Source: Raillietiella orientalis (Eukaryota). From it: DNA of 64,000 bases. The first letter of the stretch is position 1; every line of letters starts with the position of its first letter. Both the position numbers and the translations under genes were made by a program. Shown here in pieces: positions 50,301 through 64,000 of this stretch. The notes under the pieces were generated by a model, which saw only the letters and a list, made by a program, of their open reading frames with translations, did no database searches and was not told the origin of the DNA. The stretch spans positions 3,844,001-3,908,000 of the forward strand of contig JAYWIR010000009.1 of NCBI GenBank assembly GCA_036172245.1. Reading direction: 5' to 3'.

Positions 50301-53300
50301 GAAGATAATTCACCAAATTTCATATAAGCTTCCGATAACAAATCAGAAATGTCCCTAACAGGCTAAAAAAGTACATTTATCATCATTAAACTCTTGAGTT
50401 ACCTGAATGACCTTCTGAATATGACTCTGCCGTTGGGGTTGTTTACACATCACCACATAACTTGGTTCTTTATTGACTATGGTGTCTAAATAATTGCTGA
50501 GAATTGTCATGGCTTCTCCATCATCATGGCATTTTGACAATTCTGCTTTGTTGGACTGCAAAATATTCAAGGCCAGCAAAAAAATAACCTTGCTTCCATC
50601 ATAAAAAAGGCAATCCAGAACCCTGACTGCACTCTCAAAAGACATAATGCTATTTACCAGCTATGTTGCTGGACTGGACTAAATGCAAACCTTAGAAAGC
50701 ATGTGAGAAACCATGAGATTGATATCATTTTGATCATTCCAAGATCTTTTAGTTTCTCTTTCAACTCAGGAATGAATGTTTCTACCAGCTCTTCCAGGAC
50801 AGCCTGATCTACTTGGGCACCAATGACTTTGGTATTATAATAATCTGGAAGAAGACGTTCACAGATGGCACAAAGAAGCCAAAATGCATCTTGCTCTGGG
50901 CAAAATAATAATAAAACGGAGGTCATAATGTTCATTGCCTGACAGTAACCTACAAAAACACTTGTAAATTCAACCGCATGTTAAGTAAAATCTGCTACCA
51001 ATCTGAGGATTTTTCCAGGCATAAGCATTGAGAACTCTGCGTAAAGCTCCTATCCCAATTTCAGATTGAAATGCAGCATGTTCTGGTAAAGAACGATGAA
51101 GATCACGTTCAATTTCATCTAATGTAGATGAATTGCTTTTAAGTCCTTTCAATATGGCATATTCATAAAAACCAGGATAGGACTGAGCTTCATTAGCAGC
51201 TCCTAATTATTGATGAGGCACAGACAATGCTTCATAATAAATAGAAATTGGGAGCAAACCTGAAAATAACATCCACATTTCTCCTCGTAGCTCATCTGGA
51301 ATACCCCTTAAGATTAACTCCAATGTAGCTGTAGTACGATACATAGAAATGCCATGGCCATATGTGGCAAAATGCATTTTATACAGATTTTTTTTGGCTT
51401 CTCTTTTTGCTTGCAAGTGAATGTTTTCACCGCTATGAAACAGTTTGATTAAAGGTGTCTTGATAATGGAGGCTTGTATTTTTTGAAGCTCTATTAAATG
51501 CAGGGAATATTCAATTCTAACAAATTTAAAATATCACCAACCTATGGAGCTGAGGTTGCCATCATTAAAGAGATGTGGTTGCAGGTAACTAAAAAATTGA
51601 ATCAATTAGACGTCATGACTACAATCACAACAGACAGAAGTTTTAAAATAATGAATAAGGTCAACCCTTGTTACAGTAAGGAGGACTAAGATAAATGTAA
51701 CTGGAAACCAATCAACTATCACTGTAGCACAAAATGTGAGCTTTTCTTTAAATTCTCTTTGTATATAATGAATTTAAAAAAGCATAAAAAAAAAAAAAAA
51801 AAAAAAAAAAAAGTTGACTGCTGTTCAGGGAAAACAACACATAGATCTACAATTTAGAACTCACTTCATTGGTTGATTTATATTGGCAAGCAATTCTGAA
51901 ACTTTATCCACTACAAAATCTCTATCGTCAACCTGGGAAAATGCAAAAACAGTTTTATCTCGAAGAGTGAATATAAGACCTTTGCTTATGAGGGGAATAT
52001 CACTGTGACTGTTGCATTTTTTCACAAAGGCAACTTCCCTTAAAGGAATAATTAAGCTGACTAGAGCTTTGACCTGTCATAGCAGTGTACTAATATTCTA
52101 CAGCATAACTCACCCTACTTTCAAAGCACACATAATTTTGAGATAAGAACAATTTCCCCCATGCATAAGTTTTATTGTAAGGTGTCCACAGCAGGCCTTC
52201 TGTGTTTCCATCCATTTTCTCTTTGGATGGAAGTCTAAATTTCATTCGAAATGCTTCCGAAATTGCTCTAGCATCTATATCCCTTTGAAGCTGAGAAAGT
52301 TTTTTTGGAACATTTTTGCTGAAAATACATAAATCATAACACAAATAACCAGTTCAAATAAATAATTTCATTAGATTCAGTTTTTTCAAATGACTAATAG
52401 ATGAGAATCTTTTCACTTACCTCAATTTATGGAATAAATATTTGTCTTGACAGTAACGATCTTCGCTGATTAATCTAAAACCATAGGAGCTATTGGTGGA
52501 AAAAAAACTTTGATGTTAACACCTATTACCTCTTCAGAGCCATATTAACCAACTGTTGCATCAATGAAAATACCTCTGATTTTTTAAAGAACATCGAAAA
52601 GTAATACTGTAAATGCTGTTTTTATTGAAGTAGTTCTCGAGAAAACTCACCTCAGCTTCCCTTGTGGAAATCTGAATGCTCTCTGGTAAAATTTTGGAAT
52701 TATGCTTTTCCAATACTTTTACATCTGTCCAAGGAATGCACAATTTGGTTTCAATCCCCAATAGATATGAATAAAAGCAGAGATAATTTACACTAAGATA
52801 AATCCATCCTTGGTGGGGCATGCGCCCTTTCCAATAGCTGAATACTAATATAGGAAATTCAGAAAAAAATTCTTGTTACCTGCATGAATAATAGCTAACA
52901 AGCTTCTCATCAGGGAGATTAAATAGATGATGGAATTTACATGCACTGTTCTTATAAGCTTCAGTTTCAGGATCTGAAGAATACTGGTTAACTTAATTAT
53001 TTAGAGGCCACTTTAAAAATAAACCTTCAATGACTAGTTGTTCAGATAAGTTTTGTGCTACCATAGATTCCACTTTGCATCTAACAAATTCTGTGACTTC
53101 ATCTTCCTTTTCAAAGGCTGACAGCACATTCAATAAATGCTGCTCAATCCACTGCCAATCATCCTCAATTTCCTTTTTGGTAAGTGCAACGGAAATTACT
53201 AAAACTCATGCTATATCATGTGAAAAACAAGCTACTGCATACAATAGCTGATTTCTGAATTGGCAGTTTGATGCAGAATACGATATGGGGGAGGTTTTGT

Positions 53301-53581
53301 ATCAAACACTGAATCCAAAGTGCCCACAAGTACTGACGACAAACCTTTAGTACCATGACCTTTTCTTCTTTGCAGGATAAAGAACAAGTTAGCTCTTTCC
53401 ACGACCCTTTTATGGAAAAGGAATTTTACAAATACAATTAAAATTAAGACAATGCAATGAGATAAAAATCACGAAGAAATATAAATGAAAAACAAAAGAA
53501 TAGCATGGTAAGTCCTTGAAAAGAACTTTTCCTTTACCATAAAGCATTTGCTATTAGGACTTCTTCAGGTTTAACCCACAT
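47333..53581 (-). CDS. TBC1D9: TBC1D8/TBC1D9-family Rab GTPase-activating protein (GRAM domains, TBC domain, EF-hand-like region), multi-exon
   Basis: Exon 1 (53581-53538) [35 protein letters not shown]-type [52 protein letters not shown] and [15 protein letters not shown]. Stop at 47333. GT-AG introns, e.g. 52838-52879 and 48279-48321. Confidence 0.95.
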
Positions 53582-53825
53582 TGTATATATGCTGGGACAT
53601 TAGATTAGACACATAAATTTGGTCTAAAATAAAAAATTCAATTGTCTAATAAATCAATAAATTTTTATCTATGCATTTTAAAGCCATTTTTGATCCATCA
53701 ATTGGTGCACTAATCCATTTTAAAAATCACAGCTGAAAAAATAAAAAGAAATACATATGAAATATGTTCCAAAATCATTTTACAAAAAAAACATATCACG
53801 AAAATTTTAGCAAATGAAACTCTTT

Positions 53826-56800
53826 TTATAGAATTAACTCTGAGGATGTTTCTGAGCTATCCAAATTGGAGAGGGATGAATTATTAAAAACGAAACTAGC
53901 ATGCTGATACCAAATTTCATTTTCTTCCTCTGGATTTGGTAATGCTTTGGTCCATAATGTTTCTAGTGGACCATCATATTGTCGAAATATAGGTTCAATA
54001 TATTTTCTAATACTGAAAATGTCATTAGCTAAACAAAATAGAAATTCAGGCCACACCTTTTCAGCATACATGGGTCAAATGGGTAAAATGAATTCGTCTC
54101 TGCAACAAATTGCTTTTGGAAGCCTCGCTCAAGAATTCCATTTGTCTGCAGAAACGTATGAGGCAAACAAGTTCGGGAATTGTGTTCCATTATCGTATAG
54201 CAATACAAAAGTTGCATATTACGAGTCACACTTGCAAAATTTTGCACAACATGGTTATTACAGTGTTTCAAAGGATTTAATTTGCAAGTCACTATGTGCT
54301 CTAAATTTAAACTTCTGAGAAATGACATACCTACACAAAAGGAAAAAAAAAAAACTTTTCAGGATGCTTTAAAGTAATTATAATTAATTTTCAATTACAC
54401 ACTTAAGTAACCAAGTAGCATTTTTCATTATTGCAGAAACAATAAACAATCTTTAATCTATTTAGGAATAATCTTTTCATGATCTCTTGACATTTGGCTC
54501 ACTTTGGGCTTTGCTTTGTTTATGCACATATAAAATAAATTGATTGCAATTGCTTTTGTTTTTGTATAAAACTTTTCCTGAAGGAGCAATTCCATATATA
54601 TTCTAATGAATATGAATGAACGCGAAATAAATCCTGAAGCAAACACATGGCATGCAGTAATATGAAGTAAAAAAATGGCATTGCTGGGAAGTCATGTCTC
54701 AAGTTATGAGTTTTATGCAACATGCACAACATGAAGTGCCAAATTGCCAGAATCGAAATTTGAAAGTCCATAAAGCTAAAGCTTCTGCGAAGCTAATGTG
54801 GAAGACTTGGAGAAACTCAACAAAAAACGAAAAAGTTCGCTAACGCTCCAAATTCCCAGAAACCTGGAATTTTCATGTCTCATATCAATGAGCAAACATA
54901 AAAATATAACTTTTATCCCCGTCTTTTAAACCGAAAAGTGAATTAAATGAATGCAACGTGATACATCGATTTTGTTTGTATGTAGCTTTCTTTTCAATGG
55001 TTTAAATTGCACCTTGTACATTCATGCCATGATTGTGACATTGTTTATAAATTAAAAACAAAAGGACTTTGCATCAGTCGTAAAGTCCAATCCTTATTCA
55101 GTTGCATGCTGTATTTTACTACTCTATGTGATACAAGGTTAATATTTAGCTACTAAGTAACATTTTGGCGGCAATTGAAAAATAATTGCAAACACACAAA
55201 GAATACTGACATACTTGTTTTTGCATGTTCCATGAATTCTTTATGTCGAAATGTAATTACATAGAACATGACTTGGCATAATGCAAAAAAAGGTCCATGA
55301 TGTGAAGGAAATGAACTCAGCTTCTTTGAGCTTGTCTGGTTTTCAATGTACAAATGAATCCACTGATTTAATCTTTTCAGAACTTCTTTAACCATACTAA
55401 AATGAAATTAAATTAAATTGGGAAACCGAAAACTATTCTTTTAAATGTCTAATCTCTATGTGCATCTCTATAAGTATTCAATGGGAACAAATTCAACTAG
55501 ATTACTCAACTATTTACATTTATTTTCTAAACCATGCACATAGTGGATTAAAAAAAAGTAATTTCAATTTTTGCTATCGAAAACTATTACTTTATTGAGA
55601 ATGCTAATTGTTTCATGAACGGAATAATGGATTAACAGACACTGCATTACATTTACAGATACTTTTTTTTTTTCCTAATAAGCAGGACAAAGCTATGAGA
55701 CAAATTAAAACCTGAAGGATATTAACATGCAAAACTGTCAGAATATGCTTCCAGGGTCATCATACCGGTTCCACTACTTTGCAACTCTAGATGTGAGTCT
55801 AGACATCTTGTCAGTAACCTGAATGCAGCCTGGATATAAGCTCAGCTAAGGTGTAAGCTCTGTTCACACCTTGACTGTCAGCTCTGCTTTTCAATTGCAT
55901 CATCAATAAGCACTGCAATGTAATTAGATTTTTGGCATCAGAAGTGCCCAAAGCCAATATGTAAGAATGTTAGTATGAATTAGAAAAGTGCAATGTTCAA
56001 TGAAAATATGGGTGGAAAATGTTTAAGTGGCTGATCAAAGGTCTATACATGGCAGAGTACACCACTCAAAGTATTCAACAAACACAAAGTTATGCGAATG
56101 TTCTTTGAAGTTCTTTACGAAGGTGAGCAATCCTATTCTCTGAGATTGTCAGCAACATGAAAAGCAAGACCAATCAAGATGAAGTGCCATGATGGAAGAA
56201 AAAATCGAACTTGACATCATGTTATACACAAGGTTCTTGCTAAAAAGTACTGAGCTGCAGTATAACAATCCATGACTCCCTTAGCTAATGCAACCATTAA
56301 AATTGCTTCAAACACTCAATTTAGTAATTCCTCCCTATCCATCACAGTCTGAGCCTCACTCCTGATGGGTGTCTCGTGTTTAGACTTCTCAAAAATGCAT
56401 GACAATCTTGAGTTCTGGATGATAGCAAGGACAAAGAGGCAACACACAAATGGTATGACAGAGTCAGAGGCATTTTTCCTACATGGACTTAGATAGAACT
56501 TCTGAAACGCACTTGGAAAAGTAAAAGGACTAGGTTGAAAAAAAACTCTAAATACTTTTACACATTTCTGTTCTTGATGTGATAAAAAAATAAATCGACT
56601 TCATTTTTTAATTTACCTACTGTATTACTTTCTAAGTACTTCAGATCAAACTGCTGTCTTTCAAGAAAATTTTGCAATTTCATCTGATATTATCTTTCTT
56701 GGCATTTAATGTTTAACATAAGGATAACAAATCATCTATCTAACAATTCCACAGGACCAATTTCCACAGGATGTATAACAATAAAACTATGCTTTTCTTT

Positions 56801-58099
56801 TGAAGAAGTCTTGCAATGGACTAGATGCTAACATTAGGATAGGTCTTGCTTCTTGTATTTTGATCATTCACCTAAATTCATGACATTCAAAACCTTCAGA
56901 CCATTGACCCCCTTAAAAAAATGCGTAAGCAACAAATAACAATGAAACAATAGCAAAAACTCAACCAAAAGCAAAATGTCCTTTTAAACGACTTTTCTTT
57001 TTACACAATAGTTTGTTTCTCGTAATTATGGATATTTTCCTATTCTAACTATTCAAATCATTAAATGTAGTATCAATAAAATAGTAATACTGACAATACA
57101 TCCTGCAGCACTGACTCATAAATTGCATTAATGCAATATTTGCAAAAGCTTTTCGAAACATACATTTAAGGAACACATGCACCTGTTAAAATATCTATCA
57201 TGTTAAATCATAAACATACAACAGATTCATATTGTAATTCACTAATTATTATAAATAGTACATGAAAATCTATCTCTGCAAACAGTGGAAAATATAATAT
57301 GCATAGCATAGAATAATTGTGATAGATATTAAATACGTAGCTAGATTGCACAATCAAAAATTCAAGCAAAACTTCGTGTTCTTAAAATCATGCAAAGCAC
57401 ATGCTATAAAATAATTACCTTAGAGAAACAAAAGAAGCACGGGCCAATAGACTCCCAATATAACAGGCAGAAGTTTCTCTTATAATAGAAGGAGCATTGG
57501 GATTTTCAACTTGTTTAATCAAGGTGTTAAGGAACTTTTTACAGTAATTTGAATTTAATGACGACATATAAAAAATAATGAACTGTGCATGGGTAGTTGC
57601 ATATGTAGGAAGAATAACCTCCACAAAAACTTCAAGCAATTCATCAAATAGGCACTGGCAAGCACTTGAATTCAACCCAGCAGCATTGGAATAACTGTCT
57701 TGAATAAAACTAAACATCAAACCCATAAGCGCATCAAGGATATCAACTGGATTTTGACTTGAAGAAACATCACCCTTGTTGTAGATGCAATTAAAGAATT
57801 ACAATTGGAAGAAGAAAAAAATACTAACAGTTTTAATTTCCGTGACAGTATCCAGATGATCTTCCAATTCATCTCTAGAAACTGAAGCATCCAAACTAAC
57901 AATTCTGTAAAAAAGAAAAAATGTAGCTCTTTTCGAGATAACACTGTTGATTAAATATATAATTTATCTAAAAAGTTCATCAATGGTTGTTCAAAACGAA
58001 AAGTATGAAAACTTGTTTTAAGAATTCAAAAACATAAAGCTTATCATTGCATCTGTTAATTCAAGAATACAACAAATGACAGAAACAATATATGAATGC

Positions 58100-58134
<35 letters not shown>

Positions 58135-61100
58135 TTCACATATATATATATATATATATATGTGAAGAAAAATATTGAAATTGCAACACAGTTACAATGG
58201 AAAACACCAACTAAAGAGCAGTTTGTCTAGTCCAGTATAAAATTCCATTTGATAGCAGTATTCATAATAATTTCATTTTTCTTTAACTGCTGTGAACCAA
58301 TCAACATCATGCAAAAACCAAGAAGAAACATTCGCTTGATGAAAATCTAATCATACTTGAAAACAAATACCATGAGAAACTGATGTAACAATGATACTCC
58401 AAAACCTGATAATGATTATTCATGAAAAGAAAGTAAAAACTCCTTCTCAACACCCCAACATTTATAATTATTCACATTTGAAGCACTGATTGCAATAGGC
58501 AGAAAAATTTACAATGAATATTGAAAAATAATTAAAAACGATTACATAACATAATCAAAAACAGTTGCAATCCACACATAATAATACATGTACGGATATA
58601 TGTAAATTTGAATAAAGTTCGGATATAGGTAAACATACAAAATTAAAGCTTTTGTACAATCTGGAAAAACTAAAAATTGAAAGCAACAGGCTGCAAAACT
58701 GATGTTCCATTTTTACTGATCTATTCTAAACCATACTCCAAAAAGTTTAAAATATGTTTACTCTAACAGGCTGATAAAAGGAAAGATGTACACACTCTTG
58801 AACTCAAATCACTGTAGTGTTAACAAAATACAATATCATAATTCCATGAAATTCAAAGAGATATAAAAAATTAGTTAATAAAATTAGCATAAATACCTAT
58901 GCACAATCAATTCTAATATATGATATCTCATATCATGTAGAGGAGCAGTTAACTGCACTAATGAGCTACAGTAGGCATGCTGAATTTTGGCATCATCTGT
59001 GATAAATGGCATAGTGTTAGTTAGAATAGAGATGAACAGTTCTTTCACACTGAAAAAAATTTCAAAATATAAATACAGCACACTTGTTTTTTCCTTGAAT
59101 TTCTACAATGAATCAAATTGCTTTACAAATCAATATATCCTTCAAACTGCAAGCATGTTTAAAAATACATTGGTATAATTCATGAAATTTAAGATTGTTG
59201 CAAGTCACAATTTACAACAGAAGTGAAACTAGTCAAAAACAATTCAATAAAATTGTCAAATGCGCTTTGTATACCTATACGACTTTAGAAAGGTATTTGT
59301 TTAAACACACAGGGCCATAGCATGGCATAACTTTTCAAATATGAGAAAAAACTTGACCTATAAATAAATCATTACTGATGATAACAAATCATTTAAAAAT
59401 TAGGATATCACATTTATAAGTAAGGCCTTGTGATTTTTGAAAAATGAAACAGTAGGCTTGAGTACTTTCATTGGCAGGTGCAACCAGTTCCCTGATAGTT
59501 GGTTTGTTGCCACCACAAAAGGAAACTCTAATAGCAGGCACAAATAAAATACTCAATTCTTCACATAAAGCTCCAAACTGGCTATTAAAAATTAATAACT
59601 TCTTTGCAAATTTTGGTATCCATCAAATGTAATTCACAGAAAACTATTTTCAATGCTAATACCATATTGAACAGCAAAGTTCAGCATGCACATATGATAA
59701 CTTCAGATCATATTTACTAGATCCATTAATGTTTCTGATAATTTGCATTAAATATGTGATGCAGTACTTGTTTGACAAACATTTCCAAAGGTTTCAAAGA
59801 AAAACATCTGTAAACTTGTATGCTTGTTACATAATTTTGGGTTTTACATGAATTACAAATAAATGCCATGTAAATGCGAGCAAAAATTTCATCCCATACA
59901 CTACGAGGATCAGCACTGCAGTTAGCAAAAAATCCAATAACATAAAATATTCACTGCCAACTTACAGAGGTACAAGATGAACCACCTTCACAATAAGATG
60001 GGTATAGTAGTCTTGCAATTTCAACTGTGTGCTGGCATCAACAGTCATTCCTTTGAAAGTTATGAAATGAAACAGTAGGCTTTTTTCCCACCTTAACTTA
60101 CTTAATTTTAATTTTTTGGTTAATTCATTTAACACAAGTTCCGCATAATAACTATGGAAGGAGACCAAAATTATGACAAAAGCTTCAAAGGGTTCCAAGA
60201 AATCATCCAAATGGTCACCAAAGTCTACGTTCTTCAAGAAAAAAATATTAAATCTTTGTGAGCTACAAAAATACTCAGAAAACATCATAAGACATAAGTT
60301 GACACGCAAAAGTGTAGTCACTGTAAACTCATTCAAATTTAATTCTTTGACACTTATGACTTATTATCAGTGACCTTAGCAAATCATATCTGTAAAACTC
60401 GAAAATACCAAAGTTTTCCAATCTCCCTTCTAAAAGTGAATTATAATTATTGTTTACAGAGTTAATAACAAAGTAAAAACCTTGAATGCATAATAAAGCA
60501 TTAGAATTTTGAGCTAAGTGCTTACCAACAGGGCTGAAATAAGTTGCTTGTCGTTTTTGCTAAGCAACTGGATATGTGATGAGCACACTGCATACCAATG
60601 GATGAGAGTGGTATGCTGAAGTTATAAAAGAGTGGCATGACTAACAGTGAAACAATTATCCATATATAAATAAGAAAAATTCCTGCAGATGTTTCAGCAG
60701 TTGGCAATGAAAATGAAAGGTGAACTTATGTTTGCAGATAAATTCAACCCATACCCTATGAGCTCACCCTCATAGGGTATGGGTTGAATTTATCTAAGGT
60801 GACTCATCCCACTGTCTGGCATATGCATAAGCTATTTCTAGATTTTTATTTCTTAAAATTCTCAAGCATCAAATGACATTTACATGCAAAGCAACAGCAG
60901 CTTTAAAAAATTCTCTACTGCAGCACATATTCTTCAAACATAACTATTTCAAGTATTTTCAAGTATTTCAAGTATTAACTATTTCAAGTACAATGTATCC
61001 ATAAATGTTGTCATGTGACTTCCCCCATCAGGAACTTTAGTCATCCTTTTATATATACATACATGCATGCAAACATGCACATATATATGTATATATATAT

Positions 61101-62533
61101 ATTTTTTGAATTTTATCTATTTACATAGGTCTCATAAAAAATTAACAAGCAGCATGCAATACAATCATTTAGGGCACAACTTGTAGACTTAATTACAAAT
61201 AACATCTCAAAAAGCACTTGCATATATACACCTGTGCACTTCAGATACATCACATCAACAAATTTGATGCTTCACATAAACAACATTACTATATGCAAAA
61301 CAAAAGTCGAATGTCAAATAGAACATACAACTACTAAACATGTAATACCAAAACAAGAATAAAATAAAAATGAATAAGCAAATTCTAAATGCACTCAAAA
61401 ATGAACAATGCTAAGATCATATGAATTTAGATGCACTTTGTTTCATGTTATGTGCAAGTACATATATCAGCTATGATTAGAAAACATTTATAAATATAAA
61501 AGACCACTGAATGGAAAAAATCTGAACTAAAGCACAAGGTTACTAATAAGAAAGTCTAAACGATATTTTCACAGCATACATATATTCACATATAATATGA
61601 AAAGAAAACTGCTTGATATGAAATTAGTTCATATTTTAAGAATTAGTATTCCAACCTGACAGGAACAGTTACTTCCCATTCTGCAGATAATGGAAGCGAC
61701 AAAACTGGTAGAACCTTGATAGAATATTCCTTTTTTGCTGTTATACAGCTTTAAAGCATTGAAACTGATGTAGCAAGGAAGGATTTTATAGGATTCTATA
61801 ATACCTCATTATTCTACAGGGTATTTTTATTTTTATTTTCAAAGAGACTAAAACTCAGACCAAATAAGGAAATGAAAGCAGTAAATAAATATATTTACAA
61901 AAAAAAACACATAACAGTAAAAAGTAAAATGAAACATATCAAGAACTTGATTCAAATTAAAACAGTATGTGTTTAATAAAATAAAGACTATATTGAAGTT
62001 ACATTATTCCTACAGAATGTGAAAAACACCAGCAACTGAGGATAATTAGTAACTAATGATAACGAATGAATACATCAAAAGTAAACGAAATTGCCTGAAA
62101 ACCCATCTAAAAATGAAATGACACATCCTAACTTCCTAGATCTAACATCTTTTCCCTCTGAACAAATACAAATCCTAATTTTTTGGTGATGATCTGATAA
62201 CAGAACAAATGATAGAACCACTCAAGCATTTAATGAAGAGTCAGCGTCATGCTGCTGACGAAAAAGCAACATCATTATTTGTAAAATCAATTTAGAGTAT
62301 TCACATGAAGATGTATTTGATATCACTTAATGCATTCACATCTCCAAAGTACTTACATCAAGGACACCCTTTTTCAAAGCAGCAACTACATCATTATAGG
62401 ACTGGCTGTTCCAAGGACAGAATGGAAGCTCTAAAAACTTGACAATGCTGTTTGGTGACTCAGTATGATTATCATACGTAAATGACTCATTTTGTACTGA
62501 CACATTTAATATTTTCATTGTATTCTGAGACAT
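53826..62533 (-). CDS. RRN3: RNA polymerase I transcription initiation factor RRN3/TIF-IA, multi-exon; 5' exon(s) uncertain
   Basis: Exons ILPTYATTHAQFIIFY..IIRETSACYIGSLLARASFV (57418-57790), HGPFFALCQVMFYVITFRH (~55213-55396), CKLNPLKHC..FYPFDPCMLKR (~54055-54330) and KYIEPIFRQY. A candidate first exon at 62533-62357 is weakly supported. Confidence 0.9.
58102..58167. repeat. Compound (AT)n microsatellite
   Basis: Two (AT)n runs, the second embedded in CTTCAC(AT)nGTGAAG. Confidence 0.9.
60736..60795. repeat. Perfect 27-bp-arm hairpin with 6-nt loop in an RRN3 intron
   Basis: AGATAAATTCAACCCATACCCTATGAG-CTCACC-CTCATAGGGTATGGGTTGAATTTATCT. Confidence 0.95.
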
Positions 62534-62896
62534 TGCCAAGACTGAATTGTATTTTGTTCAAGTACAAATATTTCATTATGAAATTTATACAACCTAAAAA
62601 ATACAGCAATCTTAAGTACTATAAAAAAATATAAAATATGTTAAATAATTATTGGCAGCAGTTCCCATAAAAACTGGCATAGAACAAACATGATTACTGC
62701 TTGAATTAGAATTCCTTTTGATTCACAATCTAAATCCTTCAAAATATCAAGGATATCATCATGGATCAGAAATATAAAAAATATGAGCTCTTTTTGGACT
62801 TCAATATTAAACTGAAGTATCCAAGTCAATCAATAAGTGCAAAGAAATATATTTTTTTCTCAATTCTGTTTCAAGTTACTGAATATCAATAAAGTT

Positions 62897-64000
62897 TTAT
62901 AAAGTATCAGCAGGACACAATTTAGGTTCTATTATATTTTTCCATTCAGTACACAGAACATTATCTGATGGTGAATTTTCTTCAAATTCCAAATCAAATT
63001 TTCCTGGAATTTTCTTCACAATTTCTTCTGAAAAAAAAAAAAACAAAAATTGGAACATGACAAAATATGATGAAGGCACAATGAGAAAAACTTTGTCAAC
63101 TAATAAAACACATTTCATTTTGTAACATACCTTCAAGCTGTAAGGAAACTTGATCATTCTGTGAATCATAATTAAGAACTTTGGCTTTCTTAAAGTTGGA
63201 TATTTCTGGGGAGTAATTATCACCCAATTCAAGGATCTAAACATTAGTTGTATTATGATCATAATTCTACAACATACCTTAAAGACAATAACATCACCAT
63301 TACGAGGCACCCCTTGTAATGCAGGCAATAAAAGATACTTAGCATCTGTGTCTGCATATGAAGGTGTATTGGCATTCTTGGAAGCTAGCTTAACAGATGA
63401 TGTACTGCCACAGTTATAAAAGACTGTTGAAACATTGGTTTGTTTTTCATTTTCAGCATGAATTTTCAGCTTAACATCCTTCTTAAAAGCTTTCCGATTC
63501 CTGTTTCGAATAAACACTGGTGCTTCAGCTACCATTTTTAACTGAAGCAAATTATTGAACTTCTCATCTGATACAGACTTTACATTAGTGTTTTCATTTT
63601 CACTTAATACAGGGGTTTCTGGAAAATTTCCTGACCTTACAAAACTTGTCTCTTTACAACTAGAATTATCATTATAACAGTCCCCAGAAGTATTGCTAGT
63701 TTCTTTCATTTCCTCATCACTGCTATCAAAGCGTATGTGCTTACTTTGCTTAAGAGCCGTTCCCATTCGCATTGTATAATTTTTATGAGTAAGTAATGGT
63801 TTATTAACTTCACCATTGTAGTTTATGCCAGAAACTGAGGTTTTGTTACTTTTAGTCCTTTTTCTTTTTTTTTGCTTCAAACCCAATGTAAGCAGATCAA
63901 CATCTGTTAACTGCACTGTATTTGTTTTAGCAGACAGATCACTTAATATCTGTTTATTCACATCACTTAATATCTGTTTATTCACATCACTTGAAGCACA
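62897..64000 (-). CDS. COIL: Coilin-like protein, 3' portion (C-terminal Tudor-like domain); 5' end outside window
   Basis: Spliced reading LPALQGVPRNGDVIVFK | ILELGDNYSPEISNFKKAKVLNYD..LE | EEIVKKIPGKFDL..WKNIIEPKL*, using introns 63237-63277 and 63028-63130. Upstream basic KKRKR and KHIRFDS segments. Confidence 0.85.
   Translation of the reverse strand, partial: CASSDVNKQILSDVNKQILSDLSAKTNTVQLTDVDLLTLGLKQKKRKRTKSNKTSVSGINYNGEVNKPLLTHKNYTMRMGTALKQSKHIRFDSSDEEMKETSNTSGDCYNDNSSCKETSFVRSGNFPETPVLSENENTNVKSVSDEKFNNLLQLKMVAEAPVFIRNRNRKAFKKDVKLKIHAENEKQTNVSTVFYNCGSTSSVKLASKNANTPSYADTDAKYLLLPALQGVPRNGDVIVFKVCCRIMIIIQLMFRSLNWVIITPQKYPTLRKPKFLIMIHRMIKFPYSLKVCYKMKCVLLVDKVFLIVPSSYFVMFQFLFFFFSEEIVKKIPGKFDLEFEENSPSDNVLCTEWKNIIEPKLCPADTL

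Noticed and set aside
62641..62829. Separate small gene between coilin and RRN3
   Set aside because: No ATG-led recognisable product. It could be UTR or an RRN3 exon, and cannot be resolved without transcripts.

Overview
Eukaryotic (probably invertebrate animal) genomic DNA in two sharply separated compartments. (1) Positions 1-~46,900 are a GC-rich island with no recognisable intact host gene. It is packed with decayed, mostly 5'-truncated and nested non-LTR retrotransposons of L1/Tx1-like architecture (APE endonuclease, RT, thumb motif, C-terminal zf-RVT-like zinc finger). At least two C-terminal subfamilies occur, here called A and B. Family A copies end in a conserved 3' module (T-tract, internal hairpin, AATAAA, terminal hairpin, only a few A's), and several keep readable 13-16 bp target-site duplications (TSDs). 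The island also holds two TIR-bounded MITE-like inserts and a recent near-identical split inverted duplication. (2) Positions ~47,000-64,000 are AT-rich and hold three tightly packed minus-strand intron-containing genes: coilin (3' part), RRN3 and a TBC1D8/9-type Rab-GAP, with several 41-50 nt introns. Most ORFs in the supplied track for the GC island are spurious or frameshifted retroelement pieces. All alignments were made by eye, and boundaries without a TSD or TIR are approximate.
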